IMG/VR virus record: IMGVR_UViG_3300042503_002645
Coordinates: 32,001 to 96,000 of that record
Strand: one strand, 5' to 3'
Source: a virus
DNA length: 64,000 bases
Both the position numbers and the translations under genes were made by a program. Below the pieces are notes generated by a model, which did not search any database, was not told the origin of the DNA, and saw only the letters and a program-made list of their open reading frames with translations. This document shows, piece after piece, positions 37,777 to 47,670 of the stretch. The number at the start of each line of letters is the position of its first letter. The stretch's first letter is position 1.

Positions 37777-39663
37777 AGCAGCCAATGGTTCAACAACGTT
37801 AAGCACGTCGCGCCGGGCGAGCCCGTGAACGCGGGCGTTGTCTCTCGGCCTGACCAGGCGCTCGTCAACCGCACGAACTACCTGAAGGAGCGCCTCGACG
37901 CCGCAGCGCTGGGTCAGGCCCTGTTCGACACGGACGCCACGGTTGCGCCGGACGTGCTGCCCGGACAGCCGGTGTACTGGAACGCCGCGACGCAGCGGTA
38001 CGAAAAAGCCATCGCGCTGGCGGAGATCGAGCCCAACACGCAGACGGTCGTTACGCGGCCCTCAAGCGACGTGCTCGGTCTCTGCTACCGGAAGCGGTCC
38101 GCTACCCTGGCTGACATCGTGCTGCGCGGCATTGTGCAGCTCCCGGAGCTTACCAACGCCATCGCGGGCACGATCACGCCCGGGCGTTACTACCTGTCGG
38201 CCACCGAGCCCGGCAAGCTCGTCAAACAACGACCGCCCGTTTCTGTGAACGTCTGTTTCGTGCAGGGTGTCAAGGACAGCTGCGCCGACGCCCCGTGGGT
38301 GCTCGTGATGCCGCAGGTTCGCGACTTTCTCGAGGACCACATTCATTACCGCTTCGAGCTGACGACGCTGCCCGCGGGCGACCACGACCCGGAAGAGGCC
38401 GCGCTGAGCGGCGTGCATACCGTCACCGACGCAGACGACTCGCTGCCCGGCTGGCTCCCAGCTAACCACGCGGTGTTCGACGGCCGCGCGCCCGCAGGCG
38501 CAAAGTTTGGCTACAACCTTTCGCAGCACCAGGCGCTCTCGCTTGTCTGGCCGCCCCAGCCGCTCCAGGCGGTCGCTGTGCTCTGGGACAAAGGCATAAA
38601 CCGCGTTGGCGCCACAGAAGTCCCGCTGGGCGCGGACGGGCTGTGCGTTGTCAACAAGGACGGCATCTGGTGGATGAACGATTGCTACGCCAACGTGCCC
38701 TGGCCAGCGGACCTGAGCACCTCCGAGACCTCGTCCGAGGGCAGTCTGCCGGAGTGCCCCAAGCCGGAAAGCATGCGGCTGGTGGTGGTCTTCCTGCGCA
38801 TGCTTTACGGCAACGACCGCAGCGTCGTGACCAGCCTGAAGCCCGCGTCTGGCAGCCCGATCACGGTGGTCAACTGCGACGGTCTCCCCGCGAACGTCGA
38901 CAACGCGCTGACGGGCGATCTGGAGCTCGGACTGAACCTGCAGCTTCTGGAAGACCCGGTAGTTGTTAACGGCGGGCAGGTCTACAAGCAGATCACCAAC
39001 GAGTTCAAGTTTCGCAAGGGCTGGGTGACCGAGGGCGTCCGCATCGGCTTCGGTCCGCTGACGATCAACAGCACCAACAGCCGCGTGTTGACAAGCTCGG
39101 AGAAGACCGCGCTGGATCTGCCGCCGACAGACACGTCCTTGCTCCATCAGGGCCTGATCACGCTCTCCTACGACGACCAGCTCGTCGAGCGCGAAATCTC
39201 GCCGCAGATCATCAGGCTTTCGGACACGGTCGAGCGACTCTACAAGGATATCCCGTATCTGGGATTTCCCGAGGGCCAGAACTCGCTGGTACGCGTGCGA
39301 CTCAACGTGCCCGCCTCGAACCTGGGCCAGTTCCTCGAGATGAAGATCCGCGTGCAGCTCTTCGGCCGCACGACGGGCCTGCTGCCTGAGATGACCATGT
39401 CGTACCGGCGGCTGCCCAGGCCGTCGCCGAATCCGGTGGCGCTCACGCCGTCCGACTTTGAGTACGACATTGACTTCACCGTGCCCACCACCTCGCTGGC
39501 GATCGACACGATGGTCGAGATTGAGAGCGAGTCGTTCTGCATCAAGGAAGGCGACACGATCCTGGTCACGCTGGCGCGCAACGGCGCGTCGGACAGCTAC
39601 AACGCCGAGGTCGGGATGCTGCGCATGTCTGGAATCGTGAACGTTTCTTCTACTTGCACGTGA
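37771..39663 (+). CDS. Putative proximal tail fibre / baseplate-associated protein (630 aa)
   Basis: N-terminal SRPDQALVNRTNYLKERL fibre-attachment motif; PGRYYLSATEPGKLV. Confidence 0.62.
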   Translation: MSSSQWFNNVKHVAPGEPVNAGVVSRPDQALVNRTNYLKERLDAAALGQALFDTDATVAPDVLPGQPVYWNAATQRYEKAIALAEIEPNTQTVVTRPSSDVLGLCYRKRSATLADIVLRGIVQLPELTNAIAGTITPGRYYLSATEPGKLVKQRPPVSVNVCFVQGVKDSCADAPWVLVMPQVRDFLEDHIHYRFELTTLPAGDHDPEEAALSGVHTVTDADDSLPGWLPANHAVFDGRAPAGAKFGYNLSQHQALSLVWPPQPLQAVAVLWDKGINRVGATEVPLGADGLCVVNKDGIWWMNDCYANVPWPADLSTSETSSEGSLPECPKPESMRLVVVFLRMLYGNDRSVVTSLKPASGSPITVVNCDGLPANVDNALTGDLELGLNLQLLEDPVVVNGGQVYKQITNEFKFRKGWVTEGVRIGFGPLTINSTNSRVLTSSEKTALDLPPTDTSLLHQGLITLSYDDQLVEREISPQIIRLSDTVERLYKDIPYLGFPEGQNSLVRVRLNVPASNLGQFLEMKIRVQLFGRTTGLLPEMTMSYRRLPRPSPNPVALTPSDFEYDIDFTVPTTSLAIDTMVEIESESFCIKEGDTILVTLARNGASDSYNAEVGMLRMSGIVNVSSTCT

Positions 39664-39669
39664 TAATCC

Positions 39670-40623
39670 ATGGCAGTCGGCAACTGGAATCTCCAATTCC
39701 TAAACCACAACTCGCAGCGGGCGTATCCGCTGACCGAGCGCGCCACCAAAACAGACACGACCGGCACGATTCGCATTCCGGACAGTTTCATCGTCGGCAT
39801 GAACCTGCCAATCCACGCCGGGCTGGAGATCGAGCCCGCGAAGTTCTACATCAAGACTCTGCTGCTGGCGCCGACCGGCTTTAACATCACGATCAGCTAC
39901 GACAACGGCCAAGGCGAAAGCAACCCAGACGTGGCCGCGGCGATCATTGCCCGCAGCGCCTTCGCGCCGAACCGGGCCTTCGCGCTGGCAGGCGTCGATG
40001 AGTTCGTCGACACGATCGGCGAGGTTGTCATTGGGCGGCTAGACGAGATCGACGCGCTACCGCCCGGGCTGTACACGTTCGCGCCCGAGGCCGGAGCGCT
40101 CGAAACTGACCCGGTGCGCCCCATGATCCGCGGCATCCCGCGGCTCCGCGTGGCCAGCGGCGCCGAGATCAGCGAGGACATCTACGGCGACGTGACGCTT
40201 GTCGCGGGCGCCAACATGCGGATCGTCGTCGAGAACAGCCCGACCGCTGACCCGCGCATCACCTTCAGCGCTATCAGCGGCGAGAACCTCAACAAGGACT
40301 GCGCCTGTCAGACGCCGCAGACGGGCGAGTGCATTCGCTGCATCAACGGAGTGTGCTCGGACGACGGCACGTTCACGCTTAACCCGGGCGAGTGCGTCGA
40401 TATCACGGCGGCCAGTGGCGGCCTGTCGTTCGCGGACATCTGCGCCCAGCCCTGCTGCGGCTGCGCCGAGCTGGACGCGCTGGCGGAACAGGTGGACCGC
40501 TTCAGCGACGGCGTGAACACGCTGCAGAACTTCACGTCCCGGCTGAGTGCGGAAGTTACGCAGATGTCGCTGGTGGTTCTGGGCAGTCGACTGGGCGACA
40601 CCGGTTGCAGTACCTGTAACTGA
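39670..40623 (+). CDS. Cys-rich tail protein, paralog family member 1
   Basis: NSQRAYPL N-motif; IRCINGV; CAQPCCGC followed by a coiled coil. Confidence 0.68.
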   Translation: MAVGNWNLQFLNHNSQRAYPLTERATKTDTTGTIRIPDSFIVGMNLPIHAGLEIEPAKFYIKTLLLAPTGFNITISYDNGQGESNPDVAAAIIARSAFAPNRAFALAGVDEFVDTIGEVVIGRLDEIDALPPGLYTFAPEAGALETDPVRPMIRGIPRLRVASGAEISEDIYGDVTLVAGANMRIVVENSPTADPRITFSAISGENLNKDCACQTPQTGECIRCINGVCSDDGTFTLNPGECVDITAASGGLSFADICAQPCCGCAELDALAEQVDRFSDGVNTLQNFTSRLSAEVTQMSLVVLGSRLGDTGCSTCN

Positions 40624-40631
40624 GGGCCGCC

Positions 40632-42173
40632 ATGAGCTGCGACGACTTCATTATTTCGCCGCGGGGCCGAGCGGGCATTGGCGTGAATCAGCCGCAGAGC
40701 GGGCTGGACTACCCGCTTGTCGCGCCCTCCGCGGACATTAGATATCTAATCGCCGACTTCTACCTGGCGTACGACGACCCGCACTTCTACAGGGCTGCCA
40801 TCCCCGAGCGCGTCCATCCGCTGCGCATCAAGTGGCTGTACGGCGTCGGCTGCGAGGCTGCCAGCGCGCCGGGCTGGGCGCCGACGCCCGTGCACGCCGC
40901 GGACATTATCGTGGTGGACGCCGAGGAGAACGTCGTCTTCGACTCGACGCAGCTCATCGCCGCCCGTGGCGATCCGGAATACTCGAGCTTTCGCCAGCGC
41001 TCCTGGGGCGACGACTACGAGATCTACGAGTGGATCGGCAGCGAGGCCGTTTGTCGCCTCGTCGTCTACAAGACCTGGCCGCCGTCTTCGAGCACTGCCA
41101 TTGACGACGAATGGGCGCGGCGAAACTGGCCCGTGCATTTGGCGCCTGAGAACGCCGTCCTGGACGAGCGCGCCGTGTACAAGCTGCCGCGCCGTCTGCG
41201 GTCGCTGCGCGTCGGGGCCACGCCGACCGGGCTCGCGTTCCGGCAAACCGGCGTGGTGCTCGCCGAGGGGCACAACATGGAGATCACCGCAGCCGCGCCA
41301 GGCCGCGTCGGCGCGCGGCGCAACACGAACATCACGCTCGCCGTCATCCCGGGCACCGGGACCGGCAAGTACGAGGACTGCCCCGAGGACGAACCGACTA
41401 GCCCTATCCTGCAAATCAACGGCGTGTCACCGCGCGAGGGTGGCGATTTTCTCCTGTCCGGAGCTGACTGCATCTACATCAGGCAGCCGACCGAGCTTGT
41501 GGGCGACCGTGCCCGCCCGCTCCGCGTGGGCGGTTCGGCCGCGCTGGCGATCAATACTGACTGCCCGGCCTGCTGCGACTGCCCTGATTACGCCGCCGTT
41601 GCGCTCTACATGAATCGCGTGGCGGCGCTATACGCCGGTGTCGGCCAGCAGGCGCATCAGGCCAAGCTGCTCCACGAGGGCAACATCGACCGCTGGGTCG
41701 AGCAGCGCGATTGCCGCCTGCAGCGACCGCTTCGCGTGCTCATGACGCCGCAGAACTGCCCGACCGTAGACGTCGTGATCATGTACTGCAACCAGTGCCA
41801 GCAGTGCGCCGAGGACGTCTCCCTGGCCGTTTCGTTCAGTGCGTTCCCGGCGCCCGAAACGGTCGAGGTCGTCTGCGGCTACACAACGCTGACCGCGCCA
41901 GGTTACCCCGGCGTGAATTACAAGCTACAAGGTACATACCCGAACTTCACGGCGCAGTTGCCGCCGATCGACGTCGGAAACTCTGCGTACGTGAAGTTCC
42001 GGCTGCGGTTCCTACCGAAAACGGCGCCATATGCCGTCACCGCGACGCTGACCGGAACGGACGCCGGAGACGCAGTCCGGGCGGGGTGTGAACTTACGAA
42101 CCCGAGTGCGTCCGCGACGACCACGGTCACGCTAAAATGCAGCGCCACCGGTGAAACCCTGCAGAACTGTTAA
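40632..42173 (+). CDS. Cys-rich tail protein, paralog family member 2
   Basis: SGLDYPL; ILQINGVSP; CPACCDC. Confidence 0.68.
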   Translation: MSCDDFIISPRGRAGIGVNQPQSGLDYPLVAPSADIRYLIADFYLAYDDPHFYRAAIPERVHPLRIKWLYGVGCEAASAPGWAPTPVHAADIIVVDAEENVVFDSTQLIAARGDPEYSSFRQRSWGDDYEIYEWIGSEAVCRLVVYKTWPPSSSTAIDDEWARRNWPVHLAPENAVLDERAVYKLPRRLRSLRVGATPTGLAFRQTGVVLAEGHNMEITAAAPGRVGARRNTNITLAVIPGTGTGKYEDCPEDEPTSPILQINGVSPREGGDFLLSGADCIYIRQPTELVGDRARPLRVGGSAALAINTDCPACCDCPDYAAVALYMNRVAALYAGVGQQAHQAKLLHEGNIDRWVEQRDCRLQRPLRVLMTPQNCPTVDVVIMYCNQCQQCAEDVSLAVSFSAFPAPETVEVVCGYTTLTAPGYPGVNYKLQGTYPNFTAQLPPIDVGNSAYVKFRLRFLPKTAPYAVTATLTGTDAGDAVRAGCELTNPSASATTTVTLKCSATGETLQNC

Positions 42174-42175
42174 AC

Positions 42176-43735
42176 ATGCCCGTCCGCAATCAAAACTGGT
42201 ACGACCTTCAGGCGAACCGGCGCTACCCGCTGGACGAGCAAAGCACCGGTCTGGACGACGAGGGCGCGTTCATTCGCGACAACATCCTCGTTGATTGCCA
42301 CATCCGCTTCCCCTCAACGCTTGGCAACTATCTGTACATCCAGGGCATGACGGTCGCGCCCGCCCTGGTGTCGATTGTGTTCGGCGTGGCCGACGCGCTG
42401 TCTGACACCACCGGCACAACGATCGCGGCAATCACGTTGCCCCGTACCGCGCCGCAAAGCGTCAACCACCAGATCACTCCGCTGCAGCCCGGAGTCGCAG
42501 GCTGGGTTGTGCTGGGCCCGGGGGTAGCAGAGGAATTCGTCGGCCGGTACGCCGCGCCGCTGCAGACCATGATCTCACAGCGGTGCGCCCGCCGTTATCG
42601 CCCGCTGCCTGTTCCAACCATCGGAAAAGTGGGCCTCGGGGCCGGGCTCGAGAACATTGTGAACATGACGGCGCAGGCGCCCCTTTCTGCCCGCCACGAA
42701 AAGCTCACGATAAACGGGCAGGAGAACTGCGACGCAATCGTGTTGCGCCTCGATACAGAGCAACAGGGCGATTACAACCCGCTGCAGTACTTCCTGGGCC
42801 CGTGCGCGGAGCGGCCCGAGAGCGGCACTTGCCCCAAGACGCCCATTGAGACCATCAACGGTGTCGTGCCGGACTGCGACGGCAACATCACCCTGGTGTT
42901 CGAAGGCTTCGAAGCCTACCCGTACGCGGACTGCGGCGGCGTCGACGTCGTCTCCAACATCGGCCTGGCGGAAGCCTGCGCGCCGTACGGCGACCCGCGC
43001 GCCCGCACGCCAGTCGACCAGTGCAGCGAAAGCCTCTCCGATCCGTTTGCCCAGCTGCCCGACGCCGAGGAGTACTCGTCTGAGACGCTGCCCGACGGCG
43101 CGTATCTCGGGTCATGTCTCGTCACGCCGGTCTGCGTCGACTTCTCCGCGGGCTCGACTTCGAACTTCTTCGTGCAGAGCGGCCTGTTCGTTTTCGAGAA
43201 CGTCTCCGGGCCGCCGCTGTGCGGGCTCAGCTCCGCGTCGCCGTTTACCGCACACTACACGTACACCGCGGCCAACATCGTGCGCCGCAACATTGCCCTG
43301 TTCAAGAACTGCCCCACGAGCTGGGCGCTGGGCAAGACGATCAGCACCGAACTCCGGCTGACCTTCGCCGGGCTGCGGCGCAACGGCGGCATCGTGCTGA
43401 ACTATCTCGTCGGCGCCCAGACGACGTACTTAGTCGCCATGATCGATGGTGACACGAACCAGCTCAGGCTGTTGCGCTTTAACGGATCGAGCCTGGTTAA
43501 CGAATACAGCACGAACTTCCCGACGGCGGTCGGCCAATGGTACAACTTGTCTGCCACGCCGTTTTCGTCGGGCAGCGGGGTATCGGTTACGGTAGCCGCT
43601 TCAGTGATCGGCAGCCTGGTTCCGCCAGTGGTTTTTACCAGTGCTGTGGCGAATTACGGAAACCCGATTGGGTTGTCTGGGCTCTATACCGATCGCGCCT
43701 TCACGAACTTCAACAAGTTCATCGTCGAGGATTGA
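42176..43735 (+). CDS. Cys-rich tail protein, paralog family member 3, with a C-terminal lectin/ConA-like beta domain
   Basis: QANRRYPL; IETINGVVPDCDGNI; C-terminal VGQWYNL...GLSGL...FNKF. Confidence 0.68.
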   Translation: MPVRNQNWYDLQANRRYPLDEQSTGLDDEGAFIRDNILVDCHIRFPSTLGNYLYIQGMTVAPALVSIVFGVADALSDTTGTTIAAITLPRTAPQSVNHQITPLQPGVAGWVVLGPGVAEEFVGRYAAPLQTMISQRCARRYRPLPVPTIGKVGLGAGLENIVNMTAQAPLSARHEKLTINGQENCDAIVLRLDTEQQGDYNPLQYFLGPCAERPESGTCPKTPIETINGVVPDCDGNITLVFEGFEAYPYADCGGVDVVSNIGLAEACAPYGDPRARTPVDQCSESLSDPFAQLPDAEEYSSETLPDGAYLGSCLVTPVCVDFSAGSTSNFFVQSGLFVFENVSGPPLCGLSSASPFTAHYTYTAANIVRRNIALFKNCPTSWALGKTISTELRLTFAGLRRNGGIVLNYLVGAQTTYLVAMIDGDTNQLRLLRFNGSSLVNEYSTNFPTAVGQWYNLSATPFSSGSGVSVTVAASVIGSLVPPVVFTSAVANYGNPIGLSGLYTDRAFTNFNKFIVED

Positions 43736-43738
43736 GCC

Positions 43739-44521
43739 ATGTCGGGCGCCCGCATCCTTTACCCCCAGTTTCGCGACCAGCAGGCGGACTCTCGCTATCC
43801 GTTCGCTGACCGCGCCACGCTGGTGTCTCGCGAGCGACAGCTCGAGATCGGCCGCGACACGTTCATTGACGCCGCGCTGTACGCCATCGGCGGCGGGCGG
43901 CAGGCGTACATTTCTGCGGTGGTGGTCACGCCGCAGCTGATCACGATCCGCATCGGTGACGTCGAGACGCGCGAGCGCGCCAGCGCCAGCTTCAATCCGC
44001 TGCAGCTCCCCGAAGACGGCGTGCTGCAGGTGTTTGATATCTATGACCGCCCGGCAGGCATGCTGCTCTCGACCCCGCTCGCCCTGGCCCGGTTCTCGGG
44101 CTGGCCCGCCGAGACGCACAGCTTTGCCCAAGCGGCGACCGAGTTTGTCGCCTCGGTGGTCATTCCGGCCCGCGAGCCGGGTGTGCGGGCCCTGGTCGCG
44201 GACGACGGCGCGCTGCTCACCGGGGACGTCTGGCTCGTCGGCGGCCGGGGCGTCGTGGTCAGGAAGGAAGACGAGCAGACGATTCGCGTGGACGTGATCG
44301 GAGAGCCGCTGTTCAATCGTTTTCTGTGCGACCCAGTGCAGCGCTTCCAGCCGAAGACGCATCTGCGAACCATCACGGTCGACCGCGTGACCTGCGGCCC
44401 GGACGTGTACGGCAACTTTAACATCACGGCAAACGGCCACGCCGCGGCAGACACGGTGCTGCGAATCTCCGCCCAAGACGGAAACGTTAGAATAGACACC
44501 ATCGGCCGAAAGGTGGTATAG
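43739..44521 (+). CDS. Tail protein, paralog family member 4
   Basis: QADSRYPF; LRTI...PDVYGNF. Confidence 0.68.
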   Translation: MSGARILYPQFRDQQADSRYPFADRATLVSRERQLEIGRDTFIDAALYAIGGGRQAYISAVVVTPQLITIRIGDVETRERASASFNPLQLPEDGVLQVFDIYDRPAGMLLSTPLALARFSGWPAETHSFAQAATEFVASVVIPAREPGVRALVADDGALLTGDVWLVGGRGVVVRKEDEQTIRVDVIGEPLFNRFLCDPVQRFQPKTHLRTITVDRVTCGPDVYGNFNITANGHAAADTVLRISAQDGNVRIDTIGRKVV

Positions 44522-44522
44522 C

Positions 44523-45464
44523 GTGGCGCAGACTAGTTTCTACAACGACAACGAATACCGCGCGTACCCTTTCGTTTACCGGTCGAGCTACCCGGGAGCA
44601 GCCCTGCCCGACGCCACCATTCTGGACGCTGGGATCATCATGGGGCTGGACAGCGAGTACGACCCGGCCGAACACAGCGTCTGGCTCGCTTCGATCGCAC
44701 GCGCGGGCGGTTCGCTGCAGTTCACGTTCGCCACGGATGCGCCCGGCGCGGCAACCACGCCCCTCGTGTTCTCATGCCCGGATACCGCCGACGACTGGCG
44801 CACGGCCATGGCCGAGTCGGATCCGTCCGGTGACGTACTCGCGGCATGTGATCCGGCGCCCGTTTGGGAGGGCTTCCTGGTCACCGGCCCGCTCACTGAT
44901 CTGCTCGCGCAGCTGGCGCCAAACACGTCGTTAACCTTTCAGTCGGGCGTGCGACTTCTCGAGCCTGGCCGCATCCAAAGCCTGGTGCGCGGCTATTTGC
45001 GCAGCATCAACGTCGGCAACTTCGCGCGAACGCGCGCACTACCGCCGACGGCCTGTGCGGACGGTGAAGAGCAACCCGACCCAGACGAGGTTGTTGTCAA
45101 CGCCACCTGCATGAGCGGCAACATCCGCATCAAGGAAGGCTACAACTGCCAGCTGCGCCAGGTCGCCCGCACCAACGAGCTCAACTTCTCGGCGCAACGA
45201 GGAGCAGGCGACACCGTAGGCGCCGAGCTGTGTGCGCACGGCGGAGAGCTCCCCCTGTATGACGATGAGCCGTTCGATCCGCAGACTGGTTTTTACAGCG
45301 GCGGCGCGGCTTGCAACCAGGTGATTGCCGCGGTCAACGGCGTCGGCGGTCCCAACATCTCGTTTGTCGGCGGCACTGGCGTCGTTATCACAGCGGACCC
45401 GACAACGAATTCTGTGAAGATCGCGCTGGCGCAAGATAATATCGTCGGCAACTGCGGAACGTAA
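44523..45464 (+). CDS. Tail protein, paralog family member 5
   Basis: NEYRAYPF; LRSINV; IAAVNGVGG. Confidence 0.68.
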   Translation: MAQTSFYNDNEYRAYPFVYRSSYPGAALPDATILDAGIIMGLDSEYDPAEHSVWLASIARAGGSLQFTFATDAPGAATTPLVFSCPDTADDWRTAMAESDPSGDVLAACDPAPVWEGFLVTGPLTDLLAQLAPNTSLTFQSGVRLLEPGRIQSLVRGYLRSINVGNFARTRALPPTACADGEEQPDPDEVVVNATCMSGNIRIKEGYNCQLRQVARTNELNFSAQRGAGDTVGAELCAHGGELPLYDDEPFDPQTGFYSGGAACNQVIAAVNGVGGPNISFVGGTGVVITADPTTNSVKIALAQDNIVGNCGT

Positions 45465-45475
45465 GGCAAGGCAGC

Positions 45476-47626
45476 ATGACGCCTGTCGACCCCATCTTTG
45501 ATCCGGACAAGTGTGGCCTGGGAGAGATTCCCAAGCCGCCGACGGACTTCGTCCAGGACTGCGAGATCAAAGAGCCGCCGCCGCCGATTTTCGATTGCGC
45601 GCCGCCGATTGTGCCGGTGGACCCGCCGCCCCCGCCGTGCCCCGAGTTTGACGCGACTGTGGTGGTGGACGTCGCGCGGGCGGGATGCAGCGGCCCGTCT
45701 GCGCCCAGCGGCGTGATCACGATTACACCGCTCGATACGGATCCGTGCCGCTTCGCGCTCGATCTCGATCTGTCGATCCCCGTGCCCGCGGTGCCGTGCC
45801 CAGACATAGGTGGCGGGGACGTGCTGGTGAACGTTGGTTACGCCGACTGTGTCTCGGGCGCCAGCGGCACGCTGACGATCACGCCCACGCCGCCGACTGA
45901 CCCGTGCAGCGGCAACGAAGAAGACCAGCGCTGCCGGTTTACGGTCGACCTCGACTTGCAGGTGCCTATTCCGCGGCCGCCATGCCCGGAGATCAACGAG
46001 GGCACGGTGGCGGTGAGCGTCGGTTACGACAACTGCGTGTCGGGGCCCAGCGGCGCGTTCACGATTACCAAGACTGAAACGCCCGGCGACTGTGACACGC
46101 CCGCTGGTTGCGAGTTCACCATTGACCTCGACCTCCAAGTGCCGGTCCCCGTGCCGCCTTGCCCGACGATCAACGAAGGCACGGTAGCGGTGAACGTCGG
46201 CTACGACGATTGCGTTTCGAGCGCGGGCGGCGAGTTCACGATCACCAAGACCGAAACGGCGGGCGACTGCGATACGCCGCCCGGCTGCGAATACACCATC
46301 GACCTCGACCTGTCGATCCCCGTGCCGCGGCCACCCTGCCCGACGCTGTCTGCGACGGGAACCATTCAATACGGCGCGGCTCCGGCGGTCACCGTTTCGG
46401 CCACCACCAACGAGACGCCCGGCGACTGCGACACGCCCGCGGGTTGCGAGTTCGACCTGTCTATCGACATCACCGTGCCCCAGCCGCCGTGTCCTGAGAT
46501 CAGCGGCACGCTCTCGGTTTACGAGGCCGCTGCGCCGACGGGCGCCTTTACCGTGACCCGCAACGAAGCGGTGTCTGGAGCCTGTGAGTTCTCGCTCGAT
46601 ATCTCGCTTGGAATTCCCAAACCGCCATGTCCTGAGATCAGCGGCACGCTCTCGGTTTACGAGGCTGCTGCGCCGACGGGCGCTTTTACGGTCACCCGCA
46701 ACGAAGCCGTGTCCGGGGCCTGTGAATTCTCTCTCGACATCTCGCTCGGTATCCCTCAGCCGCCGTGCCCTGAGATCAGCGGCACGCTCGAGGTGTACGA
46801 GGCTGAGACGCCGACGGGGAGTTTCACGGTCACGCGTAACGAATCAGTGACGGGTGTCTGTGAATTCTCGCTCGACATTTCGCTTGGAATTCCCAAACCG
46901 CCATGTCCTGAGATCACAGGCACTGTTTATCTCTACCAATCGACAGAGCCGACCGGGGGCTTCACGATCACGCGCGATGAGACAGTCTCCGGCTTGTGCT
47001 CGCTGGCGATTGATCTGTCTCTCGGCATCCCCTCCCGGCCGTGCCCAGAAATCTCGGGCGCGGTCTCCGTGTATACGGCCGAAGAACCCACCGGCGTAAT
47101 CACGATCACTCAAACAGAAAGTCCAAGCGGGTTGTGCAGCTTCGATATCGATCTGGAGATCGGAGTGCCAACAGGGCGGCCGTGTCCGGTAATCACCGGC
47201 GCCATCACTGTCCACGAAACTTACGACCCAACGGGCGTGATCACGATTACGCCCACGGAGCCGTCCGGCCCCGGCGCACCATGCCAATACAGCGTAGACG
47301 TGGAAGTTGGCTACGTTCGCGCGAAGATCGAAAAGGGCGAGGTCACGTGCGCCTATACCACTTGCGGCGTGGATCCGACGTGCGACGTGCTCATTCACGA
47401 ACCAGATGAGTACGGCGTGCAGAAACTGGATATCGCCATTTACATCCCGCGCCCGCCGGAGTACACCGGTGGCGAGCTGGTGCTCCGCGACGCGAGCAAC
47501 AACGTTTACGGCACGGGCCACATCTCAGTGGGCGCCACTGGCTGCTCTCGTGACGTCAGCGGCGCGGTTACGCTTAACGTCACCGCGTGCAGCTCGGGTG
47601 GCAGCCCCGGCGATATCCCGATTTAA
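45476..47626 (+). CDS. Cys/Pro-rich tandem-repeat protein, putative fibre shaft (716 aa)
   Basis: About 10 repeats starting PPCP.I and ending C.F.(L/I)D..L.(I/V)P. Confidence 0.72.
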   Translation: MTPVDPIFDPDKCGLGEIPKPPTDFVQDCEIKEPPPPIFDCAPPIVPVDPPPPPCPEFDATVVVDVARAGCSGPSAPSGVITITPLDTDPCRFALDLDLSIPVPAVPCPDIGGGDVLVNVGYADCVSGASGTLTITPTPPTDPCSGNEEDQRCRFTVDLDLQVPIPRPPCPEINEGTVAVSVGYDNCVSGPSGAFTITKTETPGDCDTPAGCEFTIDLDLQVPVPVPPCPTINEGTVAVNVGYDDCVSSAGGEFTITKTETAGDCDTPPGCEYTIDLDLSIPVPRPPCPTLSATGTIQYGAAPAVTVSATTNETPGDCDTPAGCEFDLSIDITVPQPPCPEISGTLSVYEAAAPTGAFTVTRNEAVSGACEFSLDISLGIPKPPCPEISGTLSVYEAAAPTGAFTVTRNEAVSGACEFSLDISLGIPQPPCPEISGTLEVYEAETPTGSFTVTRNESVTGVCEFSLDISLGIPKPPCPEITGTVYLYQSTEPTGGFTITRDETVSGLCSLAIDLSLGIPSRPCPEISGAVSVYTAEEPTGVITITQTESPSGLCSFDIDLEIGVPTGRPCPVITGAITVHETYDPTGVITITPTEPSGPGAPCQYSVDVEVGYVRAKIEKGEVTCAYTTCGVDPTCDVLIHEPDEYGVQKLDIAIYIPRPPEYTGGELVLRDASNNVYGTGHISVGATGCSRDVSGAVTLNVTACSSGGSPGDIPI
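45977..47180 (+). repeat. Coding tandem repeats: 177-nt (59-aa) units followed by 138-nt (46-aa) units
   Basis: TGCCCG at 45983 and 46160 (177 apart). CCTGAGAT at 46493, 46631, 46769 and 46907 (138 apart). Confidence 0.9.
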
Positions 47627-47670
47627 GTTAGCCGCGTAGTGTTTGAAAATGCGAAACAGCGTGATGCCTG

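Noticed and set aside
46484-47180. 138-nt periodic repeats as a possible CRISPR array or DGR template/variable repeat
   Set aside because: They are in-frame coding repeats with mostly synonymous differences. There are no unique spacers, no evident adenine-specific variation and no reverse transcriptase or cas gene.
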